From NCBI RefSeq assembly GCF_009914755.1, contig NC_060927.1: 64,000 nt of DNA. The stretch is one strand, 5' to 3'. The position numbers and the translations under genes are program-made. Below, piece after piece: positions 13,191 through 26,914 of the stretch; within the stretch, counting starts at the first letter, position 1; each line of letters begins with the position of its first letter. Under the pieces are notes generated by a model. That model did no database searches. It was not told where the DNA came from and saw nothing but the letters and a program-made list of their open reading frames with translations. Source of the DNA: the human T2T-CHM13v2.0 reference genome, Homo sapiens.

Positions 13191-14066
13191 GTAAGTAGAT
13201 GACCAGTAGGACCATGGTTCCCTTAAATAAACATAGTTTTCTTAGTCAGAGCCACAACCACTTAGGCACAAGGTTTTAGTGTTTAATGAGGCACAGGCAT
13301 AGGGAATGATGTTACCAGCCAACTATCAGTAGACCTGCAATGGCCACACACATGGACACAGCCTCCCTCCCAGCCAAGAGGCTGAGCTGCCTTGCAAGAA
13401 ATCTTCTCTCCCCTCAGAAACCCCCAAGCTGAGTATTCTACTCTTGTGACAGCTCCTCCCCTTATTTTCTCCTGGAGGATGCCCTTTTACTTGCATGCAG
13501 ATCTTAGAAGGAAATAAGGGACAATGGGGCCACATGAAATTTCATAGTGGGACCATCAGTTTGGAAACCACACCCTTTCACGTGATCCGTCACTCATTAC
13601 TTACACTCTGATGTTTAATCTAACAGCAGCCTAAAGAGATAGGCCCTCATAAATGATTTGGTTAAACCAGAAGCAGGTACTACTTACACTGTTTTACAAA
13701 TGGTTGTAAGAAAAGAAAGAAAAAAGAAACCCTAATATTTGTTGGGTACCAATCATTAACCTTTTAAAAAAATACATTTCAGTTAGTATTTTCAGTTTTT
13801 GCCTCTGCACCCTAACTAAAAGTATCCAAGGGAAGCTTTTCTTTACTTCTTTAATTCCCCTTTAGACAAGATACTGTGTACCAAATGCCCCAATGCAAGA
13901 GAGGGGAGAGGACAACTGGAGAAACAAGAACCACATAATCAGCTTCTGGTTACTTTTGCAAGTTAATTATGGACTTATGGGGTGGAAGCATTCTTTTAAA
14001 AATATTAACCAAAGACTCCACTGTTCATTTGAAAATAAGCATTTCTGGTTCTTTCTGCCTGCATAG

Positions 14067-14133
14067 GAACATCATCACCATTGCTGTGTTTTACGCGCTG
14101 CCCGTGATCCAGCTGGTCATTACCTATCAGACA
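14067..14133 (+). CDS. SIDT1: SIDT1 coding exon, NIITIAVFYALPVIQLVITYQT (TM2)
   Basis: GCATAG acceptor, GTAAGT donor; FYALPV.QLV family motif. Confidence 0.96.
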
Positions 14134-14205
14134 GTAAGTGCTGCCCCAGCCCCAGCCCCAGAGTCCCAGCTTTCTTTCTGCAGGGAGAGTCTCCACTGTG
14201 ACTGA

Positions 14206-14620
<415 letters not shown>

Positions 14621-14885
14621 TAGTTCCCAATTGTTTTATCACAAAGGGAGCTGCAATCTCTTGTATTATTTTGTCTACCAGTCTGAAAGTATTACCCTGT
14701 GCTTATTCAGTCATGATATCTATCCACTGCATCTGTTACTTAACACTCTGAGCTTTCTGATCATTATGGGACAATGAGTAGAGTAAATAAAGTTCCAGAC
14801 TAAAACAAAGGAACCTGATAGCTAATCTAGCCTGTGCCTTCCCATTGAAGGTAAATTTTTTTTGTAAAATTAAAAACAGCTTTGT

Positions 14886-15203
14886 GGCTGGGCACGGTGG
14901 CTCACATCTGTAATCCCAGAACTTTGGGAGGCCTAGGCAGGTGGATTGCCTGAGCTCAGGAGTTTGAGACCAGCCTGGGCAACATGGCGAAACCCTGACT
15001 CTACCAAAAATACAAAAAAATTAGCTGAGTGGTGGCACACACCTGTGGTCCCAGCTACTCGGGAGGCTGAAGTGGGAGGATTGCTTGAGCCTGTGGAGGT
15101 GTAGATTGCAGTAAGCTGACACTGAGCCACTGCACTCCAGCCTGAGTGACAGAGTGAGACCGTGTCTCAAGAACAAAAAAAGGAAAAAAAAGAAAAAAAA
15201 AAA
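14886..15203 (+). mobile_element. AluJ
   Basis: Sense dimer with A-rich tail. Confidence 0.88.
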
Positions 15204-15411
15204 GCTTCATGAAACTAACAAAATATTACAGTAAAAGGAAAATGTAAAATAAAAACAAGCATTTTTTAAGCAAAAATAATATGAAAGTAGTTTGAGAATC
15301 CTCATTCCTCCATAGAATCCTAGGCCAAGGTCACTTATATGGCCTTCTATAGAATTTATTACACAGTAGAAAGCCCATTTACAATAGCAAAAAGCTGAAG
15401 TTGCTTCTAAT

Positions 15412-15580
15412 GCAGTGGCCCTCAGACTTTGCTCTGCATTAAGGTCACCTGGGAAGCTTTTACAAATCCCAGTGTCCAGGCTGTACCCCGTCCCAATTAG
15501 ATCAGAGTCCCTGAGGGTGGGGCCAGGCATCTGTAGTGTTTAAACCCCCAGTGATTCCAACATACAGCCAAGTTTGTGTG
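15412..15580. mobile_element. MER5A-like hAT element
   Basis: TGCATTAAGGTCACCTGGGAAGCTTTTACAAAT...ATCAGAGTCCCTGAGGGTGGGGCCAGGCATCTG. Confidence 0.7.
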
Positions 15581-16204
15581 TTAATGATCTAATAATATTT
15601 AGTCAATTGCATACTTATTATGCAGTGAGAAAAAGGACTTCATGAGGTTTGAGCACCACTGTTTATAATCTAAATCTTCTCTGCATACTTTGGGGGACTG
15701 TCAGAAGATACACCTGGACTGTGGTTTGGGAAAGTTCTTGACAGAGATGGTGATAAATAGGGAAAGCTGAACACACATCTCCTCGTGTCTACCTGCCTCA
15801 TGTTTACCATTTCTACCCAGAGGATGGGACAGCTCTATATCCCCTCTGCAGTAACCTAGAAAATAAGACATAGTGTGACAGTCCTGAAAGGCCCCAATGT
15901 TAGCATTCTTTCGTAGTCCTTTTATCATAACAAAGGAAATGCAATTGGATGAATTCCACCTTGGGGCTGCATAAGAGGGTACACAGAATATTCCCATTCA
16001 AAGCAAGATGGTAACTTTTTTGTAAAAAAAGTGCCTGTGCTGTGTAAGGTGGCAGATAATGGCCCATCTGTGCAGAGGAGCACTGGTTACATTGTAAACT
16101 AGTGACAGTGCATCTCCGTGAGCCCTGTCTGCTCTTTGTGTTCCTGCTGGGGCTCAGAGGACGGAGGAAAACCACATTTCCTCTTCTCACTCTTGATTTT
16201 ACAG

Positions 16205-16278
16205 GTGGTAAATGTCACTGGCAACCAGGACATCTGTTACTACAACTTCCTCTGTGCTCACCCCTTGGGCGTCCTGAG
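16205..16278 (+). CDS. SIDT1: SIDT1 coding exon, [24 protein letters not shown](S)
   Basis: TTTTACAG acceptor, GTAAAC donor; [17 protein letters not shown]-1 signature. Confidence 0.97.
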
Positions 16279-17257
16279 GTAAACCCAGTCCTCTGGTTGC
16301 CCATGAGGCATTTAGAGATGCCTTTCTGTCTAATGTTGTGATTTCGGTTTTTAAAAATACTAAAAACAACTGTGGAAAACGACCCTATTCAAGGGTAAAA
16401 AGGAACTAAACCAAGAAGTTGAGACCAGGTATGCTCCTCCCGTTCCTGTATGTGGTTCTCAGGAAACATTCCTTAGCATACTGCCTGCTGAGATGAGGGC
16501 AGTGACATTTTTTAAAATGTCAGATCTCTAGCTCTGGTGGCATTTGTTCACAGGCATGAGCTGGCAACCTATTGTCTCATTCGATCCATTAAACAACCTC
16601 GTGAGATAGACATTACTATGATCCCTATTTTTAGATGAAGGCAGGTGAGGATTTGCTGAAGGTCCCTCAGCTGCTAAGTAGTGCAGGACGCAAACCCAGC
16701 CCTGTGGCCTCCCAGGCCATGCTCTAGCCACCAGAACTTGGTGACGTGGAAGAAGCATTGCCTGGGAGTTGGGAGTCTAGCCTCTTGCTCCAGAGCTGAA
16801 CCAGCGTTCGTTTCCTCAAATAAAGCTGCTGGCTATGATTGGCTGACACTTACCTGAAATTCACAATTAGAGAGCTGAACATTGACACACACGGGTCCAC
16901 CTGTGAGAACTCACTCTCACGGTGTAGCTGAAACACTTGCCTGTCTTTGAAGCAGCTGTCTTTCCCAGGATTCATACTATACAAACGCCACTGGGATAAG
17001 AGAGGATGGGAGGGTGTTAGGAAGCCAAGCAGGCACCCTTGAGAGGAAACAGTCACGTTGTCACAGGCTAAGTAAGCATCATAAAATGAAGGAGTTAGGT
17101 TAAAGAGGATTTCTAATACTTTTCTGATCTTGAAACCTTATGGAAAGGTTAATGGAAAACATTCATGCTGAATTCATTCATTCCTTCATGCATCATGTAT
17201 TCTCTGGGTCCCTTTGATGGTCTTGACTCTCTCATGGTCTCTCACTCATCCCTGTAG

Positions 17258-17381
17258 TGCCTTCAACAACATTCTCAGCAATCTGGGCCACGTGCTTCTG
17301 GGCTTCCTCTTCCTGCTGATAGTCTTGCGCCGCGACATCCTCCATCGGAGAGCCCTGGAAGCCAAGGACATCTTTGCTGTG
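17258..17381 (+). CDS. SIDT1: SIDT1 coding exon, [26 protein letters not shown]...DIFAV (TM3)
   Basis: CCTGTAG acceptor, GTGAGG donor; 124 nt. Confidence 0.97.
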
Positions 17382-17582
17382 GTGAGGAAAGAGTGGGTAG
17401 GAGCTAGGAAGGGTTATGGATCCAAACAGGATCTGCAAAGGGGTGGGACATCTGGCTTAATGGTGTGATGATTTATTATGTGTAATAAACTACATGAGGC
17501 CAGAAGCATGTGCTTCCAGATTAGTGACTTGGTGGATATGGCACTATTTAGTATCTATTGACCACCCTTTCTCCTTTTTCAG

Positions 17583-17700
17583 GAGTACGGGATTCCCAAA
17601 CACTTTGGTCTCTTCTACGCTATGGGCATTGCATTGATGATGGAAGGGGTGCTCAGTGCTTGCTACCATGTCTGCCCTAATTATTCCAACTTCCAATTCG
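17583..17700 (+). CDS. SIDT1: SIDT1 coding exon, [39 protein letters not shown] (TM4, SxxxH metal-site motif)
   Basis: TTTTTCAG acceptor, GTAATT donor; 118 nt; CREST-superfamily SxxYH motif. Confidence 0.97.
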
Positions 17701-18222
17701 GTAATTAGAACTTATATCTACTATACAGATTTGAATCGTCAGTCTTATCCTGGAACCCTCCCCAAAAATGCCAAAGTCATGCTTGCAAAGATCAAATGGC
17801 ATTTTATGTGAGCTGAAGAGATCAGAGAGGACCTCCACACAGAGCATGACCTAATTGAGCAGTTAGACTGCTTTGGGATGAAAGTTATGGAGAACCCAAT
17901 TTATGCTGGATTGAATAATAAGGACATCCAGATGTAGAAAGGGCTTGTGGTTGATTTATCTGGTGACTCTGCCTTCATTTCTCTGTGATCCCTTTGATTG
18001 TACCCAGCCTGTATGTTGGTTTTATCATCAGGCTATCTTCCCTGCTGGTGGCAAAAGTAACTATAGCAGCCCCTGGCTTCGTAGTTCCACCCAACAATTC
18101 CAGAGGAGGCGGCAAGCTGGGTTCCAGAAGCCTTCAATTAAGAGCAAGGAAGTTGTTTTTTGAGAAAGCCACAGATAATATCCTTTCACATCTCAGTAGC
18201 TTATACAGTCATGAGCCCATTC

Positions 18223-18530
18223 TTTTTTTTTTTTTTTTTTTTTTTTTGACAGAATCTGGCTCTGTCGCCCAGGCTGGAGTGCAGTGGCATGATCTGAGCT
18301 CACTGCAATCTCTGCCTCAGGGGTTCAAGTGATCCTCATCCCTCAGCCTCCCCAGTAGCTGGGACTACTGGTGCGCACCACCACGCCCAGCTAATTTTTG
18401 TATTTTTTTTGGTAGAGATGGGGTTTCACCATGTTGGCCGGGCTGGTCTCAAACTCCTAACCTCAGGCGATCCTCCTGCCTCTGCCTCCCAAAGTGCTGG
18501 GATTACAGGCGTGAGCCACCACACCCGGCC
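18223..18530 (-). mobile_element. Alu (S-type), TSD CATGAGCCCATT
   Basis: Antisense dimer with flanking duplication. Confidence 0.9.
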
Positions 18531-20172
18531 CCATGAGCCCATTTTTGAATCATTCTCTAAGCGCTGGTTAGCTCAGACCCAGGTTGCTTCACCAATCAGC
18601 AAAAAAGGTGGGACTATCTTTAGACCAATCAGCCCTGTCCCTGGAGCCAAAGGTGGGATTAGCTTTCCTGAAGCAAAGGGGCTGAGACAGTGTGCATTTC
18701 TGAATTGAAAGCGGGTAGACATTGAGTTAATATTGAGATGTTATTAAGAAGGAAGAAAGGAAAAGCTGATGCTGTCTAGCAAGTAACGATGTCCTCCACT
18801 CTCAAGGATGAGGATTTTTTAAACGGTCGTTTAATGTTTGTGCTCTGGCTTCTGGTGTTAACTCTGAGCACCACAGAACTCTGTCGCATTTAATTTTTTT
18901 AATTAGGAAACATTTTCAATAGAGAAAACTGCAGAGAATGATATCATTCACCACTCAGAATGAACAAATGTCAACATTTTTAAATATTTGCCTAGATCTA
19001 CTTTTTAAAGAATAAAGCACTGTGATAAAGTTGAGGTCCTGTTTTGACGCACTTTCAAACTTAATCTCCTCCTTCCTCCCCTAAAGGCAATAACCATGAT
19101 TAATTTTATATTTACCTTCCCGGTTTGTTTTTATAATTTTTCTACATTTGTAGCAAATTAATAGTAGTTTATCATTCTGTGTTCTGCAGCCTTTTTTCAT
19201 TCAAGAATATGTTTTCAAGATTTATCAATATTATATCAAGGACATGTAGTGCATTCATTTTTAAGGGTTGTCATATTGTATAACAAAAAGTATCACATTT
19301 ATCAATTCCTCTATTGAACAGCATTTAAATGTTGCCTGTATTTTGCTATTATAGATAACACTGCAGTGATCATCCTTCTATATGTCTCTTTGTATGTATG
19401 TGAGAGAGGTTCCTTGGGATACCTAGAAGTAGAATTTTTCAGTTACTTGGTTTGTGCACCTTCTATTTTACCAAAAACTGACAAATTTCTCTCCAGAGCA
19501 TTAATTCCCATTCCCAATAGCTGTGTGAGACTTCCCATTCCCCAGATCATCACTAACGTTTATTACTGTCAGACACTTAAAGTTTTTATCAAGTTTTTGA
19601 GTAAAATGGAGGCATTGCATTGTTATCTTAATTTGCATGTCCACAATTGTAATGCAGTAAGCTCCATTTTATTTCTAGCTATTTTCCATCACTAGGCTAT
19701 AAAGCTATAAATGTGCAGTAATCAATGTGATTATATTTTAGGGTGCTGAGAACGACCTCCCACACCCATCTGGGGCTCATTTTATGGTCACACTGCCTAC
19801 ATTATCACCATTAGGAATTCTTTTGTTATAATTGTTGAACACCAGCATCTAAAACGCAAGTGGGGGTAGTTGTTTGTTTATCATATCAGACACTCCTTCT
19901 GTGAAAGAGGAGTTATTTATTTATTATATCAGATGTTTTTCTTCTGTGAACTAAAGGGCAGCCTTAGAGAGGTTTAGAAGTGGAGTACGTGCGGTCTCCT
20001 AGAGAATGTGCCAAGAGGCTGACATGTTAGAGGTCTCCACACAGCCTGCGGGTAGAAAATAGTCCATGGATTGAAGTGAGGGGTACTCAGAGTCTGAAGA
20101 AAAATCTAGAAAATATCATCTGTCTGTCACCTACTGAATCCTGATCATCTGGCTCCTCCTTTGGGTCCTCAG

Positions 20173-20309
20173 ACACCTCCTTCATGTACATGATCGCTGG
20201 CCTGTGCATGCTGAAGCTCTATCAGACCCGCCACCCAGACATCAATGCCAGCGCCTGCTCTGCCTATGCCTCCTTTGCTGTGGTCATCATGGTCACCGTC
20301 CTTGGAGTG
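20173..20309 (+). CDS. SIDT1: SIDT1 coding exon, (D)[45 protein letters not shown] (TM5-TM6)
   Basis: CCTCAG acceptor, GTGCGT donor; 137 nt; FQFDT and RHPDINA motifs. Confidence 0.96.
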
Positions 20310-20415
20310 GTGCGTCCCCCACCTTCTTCCACCTGGCTCTCGAAAAGTGCCCCCCTAGGTCCAATAAACAAACAACAATCAAGTGAACGGGTTTGGATTA
20401 ACCAAAATCCTCAGT

Positions 20416-20469
20416 TCATGACACAATTTCATCTCATGACACAATTTCATCTCATGACACACTTTCATC
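20416..20469 (+). repeat. 18-bp tandem repeat x3 (TCATGACACAATTTCATC)
   Basis: Two identical copies plus one with a single mismatch. Confidence 0.9.
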
Positions 20470-20504
20470 ATTGGCCCACTCATGGCACACTTTTACTTAG
20501 TTAT

Positions 20505-20785
<281 letters not shown>

Positions 20786-21249
20786 TAGTTGGTTATTTTA
20801 ATAATGTATTAGGCACCTGTAAAAAGACCACTGGATAATTTTAATATAAAGCTAGACCCGACTCATGTGAAAGTGGAATAGGGGTATATAAGCTGACTGG
20901 AGAGACTGAGGGGAAAAAACAGAAACCACCTTCTAAATACGCATGGGAAACACGTGTTGCCTGTTTTGGTTATTTGAAGTTCATTCGCCCCCACTTTAGA
21001 CCCGTTGCCCCTTCACCATTGCTATTTGGCTGCCTCTCCTATTTCCTTTTTCCATTTTCATTTGGCCCAGTAGCCTTTTTTTTTTTCCTGTCCCTTGGGA
21101 GTAAGATCCATGGGAGTTTCCAGAGGGGGAGAAAAATAGAATGTGCACACAGCTGTTTTTGACTCCTTACACATACAGGAGAGAGGATGATTTTGATGAG
21201 TTTTCTAGGGAAAACCTCAGATGAAGGTAACTTCCATCTTTACTCCTAG

Positions 21250-21358
21250 GTGTTTGGAAAAAATGACGTATGGTTCTGGGTCATCTTCTCTGCAATCCAC
21301 GTTCTGGCCTCGCTAGCCCTCAGCACCCAGATATATTATATGGGTCGTTTCAAGATAG
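21250..21358 (+). CDS. SIDT1: SIDT1 coding exon, VFGKNDVWFWVIFSAIHVLASLALSTQIYYMGRFKI (TM7)
   Basis: CTCCTAG acceptor, GTGAGT donor; 109 nt. Confidence 0.96.
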
Positions 21359-23063
21359 GTGAGTCACCTGTTAATTCTATACTAATCACACGAATCAACT
21401 TTAATGAAAAAGCAGACACTGCCTTTACTTATGCTGAATGAAAGTGTCACTGGTCACCGTGAACACATGCTCTGAATTCTATGCCATGTTTAATAGCACA
21501 TATTCGCTCCAAGAGCTTCCTCTCCCTTATAGGATAGTGATAAGCTATTACCCCTAGTTCTATTTTCAGCTGAGAAACTAAGGTTTGCCACACCTCAGAG
21601 ATGAGGTGTACCTCCAACCCCTGGTTGCAAACACTTTACAGTCTGCCAAACTTTGACTTGTATTAGAGAATGGTATGATCATACCACTAGTTCCACCTAG
21701 AGGAACATTTTTCAGTTTGCAGCATTCAAAGGGAGCATTTCTCTAACCATGCTAAATGGTTGTCAAGAATGAATTATATATTTTCAGATTCTAGGGCTGG
21801 AACTTTTGAGACCAACTTGCCAATCTTAGAGGCAGGACACCTGCTGAGCTCCCTCCAACTTATCAGAGAGCATTGAATGTTCTACAGAAATCAGCTTGTG
21901 ATCTGCTGTTGATCAGTCATCATATATGGGAACAGATTCAAGTGGTTTTAGAGCATTTAAATTTTAAAAAATCATTTTAAGTTCCAGGAAGTCAGACTTA
22001 AATATCCTTTTGTCTATTTCAAGGCAAATTATTATATATAAACATAGGCAAACTTCTGATATTAACAAAGCCCAGAGCAAAAGTCCAAATAAAAGCCTGC
22101 ATAGCTTATGTGTAAGAACATCAAAGTCATAAAGCAGACTAAAAAGCTATTAAATACATGAAAGGAGGGAAGAAGGGAGGGAGGGAAAAATATACCTCCA
22201 TTGCAACTAAATTAGAAGGCCTAGGTTCAAATTTAAAATTCTTGGTTTCTCAAAGAACACTTTTTTCTACCTCTGGTTGTGTCTTAAGGAGTCTCACAAG
22301 TGTGCATGTGGCACCTTTGCCCTACATCCAATGTTCATCCACTTCCCCCACAAATAGCCACCACTTGGCCATTCCCTGCCCCTAGAGGTATGCCCTAGTG
22401 GTACCATCTGCCCTCAGGAGGATACACAAGGGAAGGGGGCTATGCAGGCCTTAGAGCAGGCTCGGAGCCTTCTGGGCAGGTAGACACTTCTGGCTCCCTG
22501 GAATTCAGAATTTCTAGAAGGAAAGGAGGAGTCCTTTGGCCCTGCAGACTCTTCACTCATGAGGGAATAAGGCCTCTAAAATATGGGACCCTCTTGTCCA
22601 GGTCTAAGAGCAATTCTACATAAACAAATGGCTTTAAGACTAGAAGACCAAATAGAGCAATTGCTCGTTTTCAAAGGTTAATTCTTTTGCCATGGTCAGT
22701 AGATTTACCTTTGGCATGAACATAGCCAGCATACCTCCAAATCCCCCAGTTACTTGAGCCAGTTGTGTAGAACATTTGGCAGGGCACGCTGGTCATGATC
22801 CTCCACCAGACAGAAGGTAAGTGAAGTCATACAAACTAAACTTTCAAAAGGAAAATAATTGGGAGCATTGTTGTTCTGGTTTCTTCCAGAGTTGGAAAAA
22901 TAAACTTGAGTGCAGATATATGCAATGGTAGTAACCACTAATACATAGAGGAGCTTTAATATATTTATACCACCTTTGCCTTATGCAATTTTGCAATGCC
23001 AAATTATCTTATCTTTTAAAAGAAGTGAAATTTAGCATATCATATTATGACCATGGAATAATT

Positions 23064-23540
23064 TGTTAGGGTCCCAACAGGAAAAAGATGTCACACACAA
23101 AGATAGAGAAGGATTTATTAACAGAAGTACTATTCACAAGATGTGGATGGGGTAGAGGGGAATGAAAGGGATACCATGGAAACTTGGGGTTAGCAGCAGT
23201 GAAGCTTTTACATCTATAAGCCCAAAAGGACAGGGAAGACATGGTTCCCAAAATCTAGAAGGAGAGAGTTACAGGGAAAAGTCACTCTGAAAGGAACAGT
23301 GACCTTTCATGGACGTTCTGACCAGCCTGCGGTAACCTCACAGGGAGGACGCCGGCAAAATAAGTCCTCTGAGCTCACTCTCCTTCCTTTGTCCCTGCAG
23401 TCTCCTGCCGGAATTCCCCATTGTCCAAGGAAAGTCAGGGAATCCACTGATATCATCCACACAGGCCCGCCTCCCCAGTGTGGTGGGTCCCCAGGAGAGA
23501 GATTCATGGCAAGTGGGCCTAGTAGGGCAAATGGGAACTA
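23064..23540. mobile_element. Old ERVL-type LTR (LTR33-like)
   Basis: Begins TGTTAGGGTCCCAACAGGAAAAAGATG; family assigned from memory only. Confidence 0.45.
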
Positions 23541-24226
23541 GCCAGCCTGTAGTTTAACTGAATATTTTCCATTTCCGTACCCATGGAGTCTTCCCCAGGT
23601 GGTTACAGATGTACCAGAGTCAAAAGAAAACTTTCTATTTCGTCGTTGACAATGATTGTGTCTAAATTTAGTCCAAAGCCAGGAAGTTGGATTCATGGAC
23701 AGTGTTCAGCTGACTCCAGCCTTTCTACCCATGTCATAAGTTGCCTTTGCTTTCTAATCACATGTCCTTTCTCTGTGGCCCCTCGGGCTACACAAGCAAA
23801 TAAATGTGGACACAGGAAAGGCAGCAGCAATGAGGAAAAACATTTCATCATTAGCTCTCATAAACCGCAGAGCTGCTTCCCCAAATCACTACTGTGTCCC
23901 CCAGTCCCAGAGCTCTGGAAAAGGACCTCAGGGATTTCTCATGAGAGAGGCTGGATTATAAATTGCAAGCAGTGCACAAAAGTAGACAGAGAGAGAGAAA
24001 AGTCTCAATTCACTCTTTGAGGATTTGAAGACTTCTGAATGTTTGAGACAAGCAGAAAGATCCTATGTTCTCTTTGACAAGTAAGCATTACTTTTATAAT
24101 CAGAAAGCAAAATTAAAGTCATCCATCTTGAGAAAAAATAAAATGACCAGTAGTTTACATGTTTGGCTACTTTCTTACACGTCTCTCTTTTTTTTCTCCT
24201 TTCTTCTCTGCTTCCTACTGATTCAG

Positions 24227-24241
24227 ATGTGTCTGACACAG
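24227..24241 (+). CDS. SIDT1: SIDT1 alternative 15-nt microexon adding (D)VSDT
   Basis: Long polypyrimidine tract, ATTCAG acceptor, CAG|GTAATG donor; phase 1-1, frame preserving. Confidence 0.8.
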
Positions 24242-25263
24242 GTAATGTTCAGCCACCCTTTCCAGGGGTCTAGATTGTTTTTGTATCAAAGTGATCCACC
24301 TGGCTGTCCTGGCAGCCCTGCTCCCTGAACAGCCTCTTTCAGGCCGGGCAGACTCCGTGGGAGTGGGGAGCCAGAGAGAGGCTCAGAGGGGAGGCTGCAC
24401 TCCACCCTAGCCTGCTCCATGCCTTTTCTGGGATGCCACAGAGACAGGTTTCTCCCTCCTGGTTAAACTGACCACGGGGGTAACCTTGAGGAGGAGAAGG
24501 ATTCATAACAGAGCTGAGATCCACATTCTGGAAAATGTTTGCTTTGGGCAGACCCAGACTGGCATTCGATATCTGTGGTGTGGACAGCTCACAGAAACAC
24601 AGCCCGTCTTTGACCCTGACTGTTCATGTAACATTATAACACACACACTCGCTGCATTTCATATCATCCTTTTCAACTGTGCTTAAAAAAACTTTCCTGT
24701 CTTTTTCTCCCCATCTTAACTTACCTTCACTTGATGATTGTTTCAGTTCAGATAGATTTTCTGAACATGCTCAGTAGAGCCTAGGGTCCTTTAGTTCAAT
24801 TGTTACTAACTTATAACCGCATTGAGAAATAACAGATCTGAATCTTTACAAGCTAAGATTTCCCATCCTCTAGAGAGAGCATGTGTTTTAAAGTAGATTG
24901 AGGGGACCCATAACATCTCTACTATAAAGAAAACACCACTAGAGTAAACTGTAAACAAAAAGAAGCTTAGCTGCAGGAGACAGAATAAGGGTCCACCAGC
25001 CACCCATGTTATTTGTGAGTGCTTGTTGTTCATGTCCATCTTCCTTGCCTTTCTGCTGTGTAATGCACAGATATGGCATCCCTCTATGACGATACCATTT
25101 TTCAAAGCAAATACTTATTGCGCACCTATTAGGTGCAAAGCATTCTAATGCATTTTAATGAAGTGAGGATGACATCATTCTGGCTCCAAAACCTTGGGCC
25201 ACTTCAGAGTATTTGTATTTTTGTTGACTAAGCCTTCTCACCATGCATTTGTATTATCAGCAG

Positions 25264-25340
25264 ATTTGGGAATTTTCCGGCGGGCTGCCATGGTGTTCTA
25301 CACAGACTGTATCCAGCAGTGTAGCCGACCTCTATATATG
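25264..25340 (+). CDS. SIDT1: SIDT1 coding exon, (D)LGIFRRAAMVFYTDCIQQCSRPLYM
   Basis: CAGCAG tandem acceptor, GTATGT donor; 77 nt. Confidence 0.94.
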
Positions 25341-25609
25341 GTATGTGCATGTTCCTGTGTTCTTTGGCCCTGTCCCAGAAAGCAGGGGAATAGTAGGAGG
25401 AACAGGCTTGGGGCAGTCACTCACGGCTCCTAAAATCAAGAAGGCCAGATGGCCCAGGGTGGCTAAAGGCCCATTAGTGGGAGAAGGAGCATGGTGCTTA
25501 TTCTTTTTCATACAAGTCAAGCTAACATGGTCCCATTTTTATAAACAAAATATTTGCTAGTATATTAAAAAAGGAGAAAATACATCTACCCAACTGTTAA
25601 ACAGTGATG

Positions 25610-26190
<581 letters not shown>

Positions 26191-26914
26191 AACAGTGATC
26201 ATAGCTATGGGGAGGATCAAGACAGTGTACCCTTATAAATAATCATCCAAAGAGGTACCCTTGTGGAAGTGAAAGGGCACACTGCTAATAATTCCACCAG
26301 GACAGCAGGTGTAAACCAGGACTATCTCGAGAAAACTGGGACCCGTGTTCACTCCAGTCATGTCCATTACGAACTTACACTTCCACATTATGCATTTCTG
26401 TATTGCTTGATTTTCACAATGAGCAAGAATTTTTTATAACTTGTGCTTATTGCTTGATGGTTAAAACATACTTCAGTGTATTATATATTTCTATAGTGAG
26501 CCCAGAGCTCAGGGCCCTGGTCCCAGCTCTCTCTTGGCTCTCTGGTCAGTGATCTTGAGAAGGCTACCTTCCTCCTCTGAGCCCACTGCCCCAGGCTTTA
26601 CAAAGTGCTGCAGTCAGAACTAGTGATGCTAGTATTGCCTGTCACACAGGGATTTAGCAAGTACCTGCTAATCCTTTATCATCAGAATATTTTTGCTAAA
26701 GGAATATGGAAATCCGTGAGCACTCTAGAGCTTGGGCAGGAGCTATAAGCACTAAAAACAAGGGAATTGAGTCTGGAGGGTTTATTCAGGTAAGAATGAA
26801 AAAGTCCATCAGGACTTGTGAGTATTTTGAGAGGCAAGTTCTCCTGCTTACCTGTGAAACAGGAGAGGCAAGTAATGTTTTCGTTTTTTACATTAATTGA
26901 TAGAGGCTTCCTTT

